In this document: positions 49,648-61,600 of the stretch, in pieces
Layout: every line of letters starts with the position of its first letter
How positions within the stretch are numbered: the stretch's first letter is position 1
Source: Azolla caroliniana
Taxonomy: Eukaryota > Plantae > Polypodiophyta
Reading direction: 5' to 3'
Length of the DNA stretch: 64,000 nt
NCBI GenBank assembly: GCA_043228905.1
Contig: JBHGNT010000012.1
Span: 682,001-746,000, forward strand
Translations under genes and position numbers: made by a program
The notes under the pieces: generated by a model
Databases searched by the model: none
What the model was told of the DNA's origin: nothing
The model's input: the letters and a program-made list of their open reading frames with translations, nothing else

Positions 49648-52600
49648 ATGGAAGCTAATCTCGGAAGTAGTGCAAACATAAGGCTTGAACCTCCAAGGGT
49701 TTACCCTATTCCATCACAGTATAAGACTTGAAAATTTGAAGAGCTCTGTTCTATGTGGTTATTTCTAACTCTTTGTTTTTGGCAAGCCTCAGGTGCCACT
49801 GGAGGAGGATAATATTTTGGATCCTATTGTTATGGTTCCCTACATAACAAAAGTTGGAGAATTACCTCGTAAAGTGGCTATAGAAAGGTAGCAGATCATC
49901 ACTCTTCCTTCCTTCTTGTTATGTATGCTTGTGAGACTCAAGATAACTATGAGGAAAGTAATTTTCTGTGTGGATCTTTGTCCTCCACAATTTGTGATAA
50001 ATACTAGGATCAGTACTGTTCTTATCTTCACTATATTTTATGATAATTGAAGAGGGAAGATCCTACTGTAAGTTTTACCAATCTTAAGAACAAATAAAGA
50101 TGGAGAAACTTTTTCTCTGCATGTGTAGACATTATAATTAGTGGCACACATTTGTATTTCATAATCTCAGACATCCAGGGTATCTCTATAACGTGTTCAT
50201 TTTGATTCTGTGAACCAGGAGGAAGAGGTGCTATGCTTCACAAAATCTAGTAGATCTTCTGGAAAAGGAGGGGTTGACTTGGCAAAGCATACAGTTGAAT
50301 AAAGGCAATATTCCTTTACATGCTTTTGACAATACCGATTTTGAAACAAGAGAACCTTCGAAATGGTATCTCTCTCTCTCTCTCTCTCTCTTTCTTTCTG
50401 TGTACAAGAAGAGCCTATGCAATTATAAAGTTTTTTCCCATGGCTGTTTCCTTTAAAAATGCATTGTATTAATATTCCCCACTAAGATTGCACAGTAATA
50501 TAATCATTGTCAAAACATCAAAGATATTATCAACTGCCAAGGTGTCACATGGCTGAGAATTCCATACCACTAAAGGAAAAACATGCACCTCTTGTGTGCA
50601 AAGAGGAGAATGACATTCTTTTAAGTGGTGGTTATGATTCATAATTCCATGTTGTGCCTAGAAAATTAATGAATTATGTGCCCACCAACCATACAAACTG
50701 AAAGCTCCTATTCACATTAAAATGCAGAAAACTAAACTGAAAGCACCCAGTCACATTAAAATGCAGCAAACTAGAACCCCAAACACATGCCAATTACAAT
50801 GTGTGAATAATCACCCAACATCACAAAACTTGTCTAGTCCTCTCCGTCGACTTTGGCTACTGCAACAGCCTTCTGAAGGGCCAGAATGTTTTTTAAGACA
50901 TTTTTACCTTGTATAAAGCTGGTATGGCTTGGCTGAATAGTCTGAAGCTCATGGTGGATTGTAGCTAGCTTCTCGTCATTATCTTTTAAGCTATTCTGAA
51001 AAGGGTAATTGGTCCAATTATGGTGTTTGCAACTTATTGCCTTCGTCTCGGGAATGAGATTAAATAATCCCTCAGAGAGGCATGGTGCCATAGACTCTAG
51101 AGTAATGAATCTGTCTCCTTTACAAAACTGTACAAAGAAAGTCTCTGCAAGTCTCATCACATGTTTGAATCTTTACCACCTGTAGTGCATGTACATCAAT
51201 ATGAAGCTCATCCAAGGGTATAGGTAACATGAGATTTTTCCTCATAGACTGAGAATGACTGTTCCTTTCGGCTTCGTATGTCGTGGCAGTCTCGATGTCT
51301 CATCACTTCTCCTCCGTTTCTTAACTCCCAACATGGTATGCTTGGACCTTGGACAGCCTTTCTGCCCTAACCCACACTTGGTATTGAAACTTGGTATAAT
51401 ATGCTTAACCGTAAACATTCTTTGTTCCCTTCTTTTCTTATGTTTTTCTCAGTTCCAAATCCTTTGAGAAGGATGAAATAAACCTGATACAAACTCATTT
51501 TGTCAACAAAAAAAAGTGGCTCTAAACAAATTAAGATTTGTTACTACGCCTTTCTTCTTTTGCATCACACAATAAGATTTCATTTCGAGAAGGTTGGAAC
51601 TCACCTGATACAAACTCTTATTGTCAAAAAAGAACTAAATGGCTCTAAACAAATTATGGTGTGATACATCTTTCCTCTTTTGCATCACACGGTAAGAGGT
51701 CATTTCCCAAATTAAACTGATTTTTTGAACAGGGTGGATAAGATGAAAAGTGTCCCGGCACAAGTTATTGCATTGGATTCTAACAAGAATTGCATTTGGA
51801 GGGATTGTAAAGTTTTGGACTATAATGGAGATGAAAACACATACTTAGTTTGCTGGATTGATACTGGACAAACTTCCTGGATTCCAAGGTGTTGCATTGT
51901 GCCTCTTATTGTTTATGGATGCTACCATTTGTGAGATTGTATCCTCGTATTTGTGTACGGTTACAATAGTTTTTGGTTCTTTATAAAAACATTTATAGGG
52001 AGGTCTGAATGTTATACCATTTTCATATCACAGAGTACTTTTGTATTTTAAAGCTGAGAGTCCATTTATTTTTGCTAAGCGTTTTGCTCAGGCATACAGA
52101 TTACGTGATCAGATGGAGTCTATAATGGTAAGCTCATGTATACTGAAGTAAAACATTCAGTTTGGTTTATATCTTTGTCTCATAGTATTCTCGTTTGCAG
52201 AAATACCATTTCTATGTGGACAGCATGCCAAAGGAGGACATACGAACTCTGGGACCTGAATCAGCAGAGCGAATAAGGAATCTGACTCTTAATGTCAAAG
52301 AGCTCAAAGAAAAAGCTTTGGATGTATGCAAGTATTTGAATGAAGTTAACACCGAGTATGCTAGGGTCATGAATCAGATTGTTCTAGAAGACTGCATGAA
52401 AAACCAAAACCACCGTGGCAGGGAGTTTACCGTGGAAATTGACATAGACTGCATTGAGAAACTTCAACCACCAGTGCCTTTGTAAGACGTTGACCTTCTT
52501 TTAATACTACTCTTAAAGAGCGGTTTGGTGTTAATCAAATTATATCTGTAAAGAATCTAACTCTCATAGCGTTGAGTATGTGGTAGCGTAGTGTGTGTGT

Positions 52601-55600
52601 GAGCAGGAGAAGGAATCAAAGAAAGAAAGAAAGATAGAAAGATATATTAACGTCTTTTAAGAGGCCAAAATGGCCTATAAGACCAAATAAGAGATTACAT
52701 CTTAAGTGTTGTCTCGTCTTTGAGAACAAATCAAAATAAAATAAATATTACACAGTAAATATAAAAGTAAATAACATGAAAAGAAAAGAAATGAGCGAAT
52801 CTAGTTTTTGGCATATGTGAGATCCTGAAATTAGGTATATTGTAGATTTTGTCTTCGAAAGATCTCTAGCATAGGTCGATCCAGAATGGAAATGTCTCCG
52901 AAGTGAGGGAAGCACCTACGATGGCGGGAGATAATGGCTTTTATCTGTCGACGACAAGGGAGTCGAGGTCGTGGTCCATGGGGCCGGGGCTTACGTGCAC
53001 GACAATTTGCCATTGCCCGATCAATTGTAACCCCTTTGTTATGTCCTGGTCTGATTCCACTCCTTGATGACACAATTGGCAAATTCTCTCTTCTAGAGGT
53101 AGTCGTGTATATCTGCCTACCTCAATTTGTAGCTGATGTGTCAAAGAAAATAACCAGAAATAATAAATTATGCAGTAGGCTGATGACAAACTTATGCACT
53201 GAAGAGAAAACTATATTAATCAACTAAAGATCATAAGCTAAACACAATGGGACAAGGGGGTTTTATATACAAGTCGTCAAGGGACCGCCACATTAAATGT
53301 GGTTGGTGGAATTTAATAAAGATATCCACTCGAGTACGATTCTATCATAAGAATATATGATATTCTTTGACCACATTCACACTTGACAACAACATGGATT
53401 ACAATATAATGTGCTCATGCACTTTTTCACACATTGAGCTTTTCTTCATAAGCACATATTCACACGAGTTGAGCTTGATTCTCAACACGCCCCTGCAAGG
53501 TCAATCGTGTGTCCTCTTAAGCTTGGTTGTCTTGGTGTAGTCGAAGACTCGGTCGTAGTTGCTCGAATTTTGGACCGTGGAATCTAATCAAGATATCCAC
53601 TCGAGTACGATTCTATCATAAGAATATTTGATATTCTTTGACCACATTCACACTTGACAACAACATGGATTACAATATAATGTGCTCATGCACTTTTTCA
53701 CACATTGAGCTTTTCTTCATAAGCACATATTCACACGAGTTGAGCTTGATTCTCAACACGCCCCTGCAAGGTCAATCGTGTGTCCTCTTAAGCTTGGTTG
53801 TCTTGGTGTAGTCGAAGACTCGGTCGTAGTTGCTCGAATTTTGGACCGTGGAATCTAATCAAGATATCCACTCAAGTACGATTCTATCATAAGAATATTT
53901 GATATTCTTTGACCACATTCACACTTGACAACTACACGGATTACAATAAAGTGCGCTCATGCACTTTTTCACACATTGCGCTTTTCATCATAAGCACATG
54001 TTCACATGAGTTGAGCTTGATTCTCAACAATATCAAAATGATTACATCTTGCATCACAGTACATTGGAGTTCAAGGTTTACATGTTGCCTTCTAATGTTT
54101 GGCATGTAATGTGTATCAACATTATCTTTCACATAGATAATTGGACACATTTAATATTATTGATTTATTTAAGTAATACGCGTACATTATGCTGTGGGAA
54201 AATTTATACTAGACAAGAAAAGAAGAGAACAAATGTTTTGAGAAGTAGAGCAAGAATCTGAAGATTGCCCCCCAAAAAACTAAAAGGAAGATATAGAATC
54301 AAATTAGATTGTCTATAGTGAATAGGTTGTGAAATATCCATAGGGTCCATCCAATGGGATCTATGTGAAGAAGATAACAAATGTCTGATGGTTGCATACA
54401 CATTCAATTTTGTAACTGAAATAGCTTGATTGCGGTGAATAGTCTGCGAGATATCTATATGGTTCAATTTTGACCATGTGAAAAAAAAGCAGATATCTGG
54501 TTGTTTTGTATATGCATCCAAACCAGTAATTTGAAGTTGATGTTTCCATATCTCCAAAGTCGAAAGTCAAATCTGGCAAGATAGCTCACAATTACTCAAG
54601 TAACTGAGCATTCTATCTTTATCATTTACGTTGGAAACATGTGCAATAGCTGGTGTTGAAGTTTCAGTATAACCAACACTACAATTGCTATTTGAGGCAA
54701 AGTACAAAGAGAAGTTTGTTTCACATACTTTCACAGTTAAACTTGGGTTGAATGTTCCACAGTTCAATTATTTCAATAATTTCTGCAACAGTAGTTGCAG
54801 GTAGACATCCATGCAGGATATGTAATGGATGCGCTATTACTATTTGTTTTGTAGCATGTAGCCAACCATTTTTAATTGTAAAGACAATCTTGCATTTCTG
54901 GTTTGACCTCTCTTTTTAATCTTCCATTGAATCTAGCTGTAATGCAATTGTGCAGCTATAATATATTTTGAAGGAAAAACTTGTGTCTATTTATATAAAC
55001 CTAGATTTTCAGGTTTCTAAAGAGTTCATACTTAACAATTAAAAATTCTAAGGTTATCTAACCATCAACTGAAAAGGTTCTTACTGTGGAGAATATTCTG
55101 CATCGTCCCTCCATTGTGACACTTTTAACATCATATTGGTTGTGCTGAGCAGGTTTGGTTGTGTTAACATCCCAAAATACAATTATGAGGAAAAGTGTAG
55201 CGAATTCCATTTTTGGTCTTGTATCACTCGAAGTGAGGTGATATCATCAACAGTTAGGCTCAGATCAGAGTGTAATAAAGTGTTGAAGTTGAATCTGCTC
55301 AGTACTCACTATAATAAAAGCTTACGCCTTGAAGATTTTGAGCAGATGCAAGCACAAAGTATTGAACAGACTTCCATTCAACTAAGAGATAGGTACTTGC
55401 TACGGTTTCTTCATTTGTTGAATTTGATGTTTATCTGTAGTGAACAATATGTTTTCAGTATCCATATTTCATTAGTTGTATCTAATGCACTCATGATTGA
55501 AAGAAATAAGAAAGAAAGAATGATATATTGACGTCTTTTAAGAGGCCAAATGGCCTATAGAACCAAACAAGAAATTGCATCTTAAAAATGTTAGTCTCAT

Positions 55601-58600
55601 CTTTGAGAACAGGAAACCAAAATAAACCTAAGTAAAAGGTCAAATAGAAATAGAATTAAGATGTGACTAAAGAGTCTCATCCTTGATACATGTAAGATTC
55701 TCAAGTCAGATACATTGTACTTTTGTCTTTGAAAGATCTCTAGTAGAGGTCAAAATTGCCTATAAGACCAAACAAGAGATTATATCTAAGTGTTACCTCG
55801 TCTTTGAGAACAGCAAATCAAAATAAATAAATGTTACTAAGTAAAAGGTAAATAAGATAAAAAGAGACAAAAGAATCTTGTTATTGGTACATGTAAGATT
55901 CTCTAGTCAGATATATTGCAATTTTTGTTGTCGAAAGATCTCTAGCATAGGTCGATCCAGAAATAGAGAGATCTCTGAAGTGATGGCGGGAGATAATGGC
56001 ATTTTGTTTGTTGATGACAAGTGTGGTGAGATCCTGGTCTTTGGGGCCGGAGCCTACATGAACGACAAATTGCTATTTCCCAATCTATTGTAGAGAGATC
56101 TCTGAAGTGATGGCGGCACCTGTGATGGTGGGAGATAATGGCATTTTGTTTGTTGATGACAAGTGTGGTGAGATCCTGGTCTTTGGGGCCGGAGCCTACA
56201 TGAACGACAAATTGCTATTTCCCAATCTATTGTAGAGAGATCTCTGAAGTGATGGCGGCACCTGTGATGGCGGGAGATAATGGCATTTTGTTTGTTGATG
56301 ACAAGTGTGGTGAGATCCTGGTCTTTGGGGCCGGAGCCTACATGAACGACAAATTGCTATTTCCCAATCTATTGTAGAGAGATCTCTGAAGTGATGGCGG
56401 CACCTGTGATGGCGGGAGATAATGGCATTTTGTTTGTTGATGACAAGTGTGGTGAGATCCTGGTCTTTGGGGCCGGAGCCTACATGAACGACAAATTGCT
56501 ATTTCCCAATCTATTGTAACCCCTTTGTTATGTCCGTGTCAGGAGTCCATTTGTGTAGCCCTTGATTGACGCCTAACATGATTAGAGGTGATGGGGCTAA
56601 AGAAAGTTGCGATTGTTCTTTGTGGATGAGTTTGTGTGGCTGTACTGTTGTCCTTCAACAACTTTTCCCTGTGTCTCTTGAGTTCTAACAAGAAAAGTCC
56701 CAAGCACCATTGGTCTCATATTCTGTTACCTTGTGTAGTGGGTCAAAGCCTTGTTCAAAGAGGTAGTACATGACAAACATAGTGTTGTTCAGATTCCACT
56801 CCATGATGACACAATTGGAAAATTTGTTCTTCTAGAGGTATTCGTTCATATCTACCTACCTCAATCTCTAACTGATGTGATGAAGTTCACAGTTGCCCTA
56901 TCACACTGCACAACACAGGTAGATGTATGTCCATATAAGATGGCCTGATGATAAATCCATCCTCTGATCTGTGTAAAAAGTGTGTCTAATAGCGAGTCAT
57001 CTTCCTACCAAGTGATATTCTAGGGCTGATCAATGTTATCTTGTTTTCAAAGTTAATAATATTGCGAGGACATGGATCAACCCCATTATGGCTCTTGTGA
57101 GGAAGATGACCCACTGTAAGGCCCTCTTTTTGTGCATTTCGTTGGATGAATTTATCATCAATTCCTCTTATATGGATACATTTCCATAGTGTGATAGGAA
57201 AAACCAGGACCTCTTCACATTGGTTAGAGATTGAAATATGCATGCAAATATATTGAAGAACAAACCTGCAAATTGTGCCATTGGGATGTGGAATACGAGG
57301 AAGACTATATTTTCCATTGCACTTTTTTAATGAAATAAGGGGAATATAATAATTGTGTTTTGAAACAAGGGTTTAGCCCACTACACAAGGTTATGGAATA
57401 CAAAGATCAATGATGGCCGGGACTGTTCTTGCTAACAGCCATTATTACCCAACATAGAAGTTGCTTCCCTTAGTTCAGAGACCTCTCCATCTTGGATTGG
57501 CCCCTGTTAAGTTTCAGTCCATCTAAACTCAGAATTTTGTGCTTAACTAATGAGCTACCTTTTGCCGTTCTACTAATCTAGTTGTATATATCTGTCTCCA
57601 CTCCCCTGCATTAAGACAACGTTTTTGGCAGTTCTTGAAAATCTCATGGAAATGATATTCGCGTCATGAAGAATTACATATATTCTAACCAATGTATTCA
57701 TGTTTGCTAATGGTGGATGCAGTTGGACTTCAATTTTGAAAAATATAATTAGAAGTTCCTTCAAGGATTTTGGTAAAGGATGGTTTAATCTTCAAGAGAG
57801 CAGTTGGGACGCTTATTGTGCTAGTAAAATGAAGAGGTTCCTAAGGATGGTGCGCTACATGATGGAAGACTCTGTTCGATATCTAGTTGAAGATACTTTG
57901 GCAAGATACTGTAATTTTGTGGAGAGACATTGTGGCAGTCCAATTGTCGATGTGATTGACATTGATTGTGTAAATACAACATGGCCACAGTCTGATCATA
58001 AGGTATGCAGCATCAATATTTTGTCTCATGTTACAAAATGCTCTTGGTGTGTTTGTATAAGCCATCCATCAGACACTAGAATAATGATTTGTTACTAGTA
58101 AGGTGTTTGGCTGTGTATGCAGAGCATTAAAATCATTCAAGTGTCGTGCTGAGAATTTTAAGAATTGAGCAATGTTTATACTAATTAAAAAGGTGATTGT
58201 GTGTTTATTGAGAGATCTAATCTACAATATTACTCAGATCATAAAGAAACCACCCCTTTTTGCCTTGGAAATTGTGAGCTTGGAGGAAGGCACATTTGAC
58301 TACAACACACCTTTGAAGAACTTTGAAGCTGTTGTTTGCAAAGCTTTTGACAATGCAATTCGTTGCACACAATCAATTCAACAACTAGAGCCTTCTGTCA
58401 TGGAGAAACTAATGTGGAGTGGCATGCCAAACATTTGTTCTGTGAATCAAGGTGAAGAAGGAATAATGATTCTTAAAAATCGAATACAAGTAAGTATTTC
58501 TTGTGCAGAGTGTCATGCAAATACAACTGGAAAATTAAATGGATTTAACAAGCATAGTTTTGTTGTATAGGTGTCAATTAGAAAGGCAATAGAAATGGGA

Positions 58601-61600
58601 ACTTCATACTTGCAGAAATTCAAAGCATTTGATTCTATGCTTCAATTGGAAGCTAGTAAATATAAACTAGATCTTGAAAGCAAGAAGCTTTCACTTAAAG
58701 ACCTGCTTGCTGAGATTCGTGGTCATAAGGCTGATCAAGATAACATTGAAAGAAGGTCATTAGCTGGATCAGCATGACATATTTTAAATGACTATATTTA
58801 TCTGAAGTAACTTTGGTTAGATACTATATCATGCAGAAGATGTGTACATGAACTGTGGTAGAACTTAGGCTAAGAAACAATTTGAATATAGTATTATTGT
58901 AGTCTGATTTTTACGGCAATTTTCGCAGAGAATAATGGATATTAATGTTAACATTTAAAGATTGTACTATTGTCCTGACAGGTTAGTTTGTTCCTAATTT
59001 TGGAATAATACTAATTTTGATTGTCATGGGTGATCAACTAGAATAAAATATCCGAGGTGTTGAATAATGGAACATACATGCATTGAAATGCAAGATACAG
59101 GGATCAGCATGATCTGGCATGCTTCCACATATCTGTGGTTTTGTTGTTTAGCTTATCCATGTTATAAGAGGACAGGCTTCCACATATGTGTGGTTTTGCT
59201 GTTTAGCTTATCCATGTTATAGATAATGAATGGATATAAAATACCCTAGAAGAACTTTTCGTTTGCTGCTTTCTGAGGAGATCCCTCAGACATGATCTTT
59301 TCTAGAGTTTCTAGTATTACTTAGGTGTATTTGGAAGGGCCGTTGCTCTCACATTCTTGGTTGTAAAACTCATTCCACCTTAGCAACCTCCAGCCAAAAA
59401 ATATGGTGCAAGCTCATTCATACCTTGAGGTGTCAATGGGGGTGCTTCTGCTGGCTCATCATGGAGATCAGAGTCAAGAAGGCATGCTTTCCTTGCTTGT
59501 AGGGAACGTTGTTGTCTTCTTTTCTCTTTATCTTTTTTAATGCTAATTCTTCTCTATGGGACAGAAATGTGGGTCACATAACTAAAGATATTTGGAGAGA
59601 CTTTCTTTAGTCTCGATGATTGCTTGCATGATAAGGAGCAAAGCATTGATATTCCATGATATAATCTGAGTGGAGATGGAGCAACTGTAGTAGTGACTGT
59701 ATCAGTGACCTGTATCCAACGGATTTGAGAGTTCCCAAAACAATGGTAGTCAAGGCTGGCTCTTATGTCATCAAAACTGGTAGAACATGGAGATAATTGT
59801 TGTTCTGTGGAAATTCTAGAATGCTTCCAGTCACATGTCATAAACGTAAATGCACGGCCCCAATTCCGATATAGTTTGGATTGTCCAAATTGGACATGAA
59901 CAAACTGGAAAAAAATAGAGTGATCCTAATTGATATCATTAAATTGGATAAGGAAAGAGCGGAACCATCTTTTAACACAAATTGCAAGATGGATCTATTA
60001 TCTGGTCCTGTAATATGGATATGGATATATCTCGTGCTTTTTGTAGTTTGATAGGGTAGCTCAAACCTTTTCACATAAGTTAGAGATTGAGATATGCAAA
60101 TATGCATGCAAATGTATGGAGGAATGGATCTGCCAATCGTGCCATCCCTGTTTTTTTTATGAAATAAGGGGGAGATACTATTGCTTCTTCAAACAACGTC
60201 CTGGGCCACTAGACAAGATAATGGAATATGTAGAACAATGATGCTTGGTATTGTTCTTGCTGGAATTTAAGATACAGAACGAAGTTGGGGAAGGACAACA
60301 ACTCATCTACAAAGAACCATCACAACTTTCTTTAGCTCTATCACTCCTCATGGTACAGGTCAATCAAGGGATACATAAGTAGGGTCTTGGGCACAACATT
60401 CAACAAAGCAACAGAAGAGCGGGCAATAACAATTCATCCATTATGCCCCCTTTACCCTTGTTATCATGAAAACAAGGTAATTCTGGCTTGAGATTGAAGG
60501 TGCTTCCCTTGCTTCAGAGACCTCTCCATCTTGGATTGGCCCATGTTGGAGATCTTCTGAAGACATAAGCTTCAGTCCATCTATGTTCAGAATGTCAAGT
60601 GCCTACCCAATGAGATTTTCTAGTACGTGAGGCTGTTTTACTGATATAGTTATATTTATTTTGGTTTGTTCTCAAATATGAGACAATTTTAAGATGTAAT
60701 CTCTTGTCTGGCCTCTTAAAAGATGTTAATGTAACTTTTCTTCTTTCTTTCTTGATGATATTGTTTTGTGGTACAGTCCTCTGTTGTGACCCATTTCTCA
60801 TGACTCCTTGTAGCATTGACTGAGATACTGTAACTTTGCTTCTTGTGTATACTGCGTTTGTAGAACTGTTAAGAGTCATGCTAATTTTGGCAATTCCAAT
60901 GGTTTTTATTGCAACTAATATAAAGAAATGCTCTGCTAAAACATCATCCCTGTTGAGTAGGGGTTCACCAAATATATACTCATTGCATTAATGCCGTAAT
61001 TGGTGGAGCCTCCTTTCAAAAGAAAGGTGCTATCAATACATGGGTATGTTTGCAGAATGCAATTGTTTCTTGAGTTAAAGTTGCATGATGTTTGCAAAAT
61101 GCAGTTCATATAGGAAAACCAAGTAGTTTCCTCCTTTTCTTCATGCCTCCTTTACACAAAGGAAAAAAGGTATCACACATGGGTCGTTATTACACTTTTT
61201 GATTGCAATGTCCATATATATGACCATGGTTTTATAAAACTTCATTGCTTTTGTTTTAGTGAATTAACTATGTTTTTGTATGAATTCAAGGAATTGTTCA
61301 AACAGAATGTTTTATGGTCATATATGGTTTGCTGATTTTTTGGGCTCAAATTACTGGATCCAGAATACCAGCAACGATCACGTTTGGTCCTTTTATGGTT
61401 ACTTGCAAGAAAGCCCGGACACTATTGGTTCAAAGAAAGGCTCAACTGAGTGACATAGGTATCATCCTTTCACATATTTTTCATTTGATTTGGTTATTTC
61501 ACTAATTTCAGAACCTTAAATGTTTAGCAAACAAGACTCTCTGGTATCTTATAATTAGATATTTTTCATTTTGGTTTGTTGTTCTTAAAGATGAGACAAC

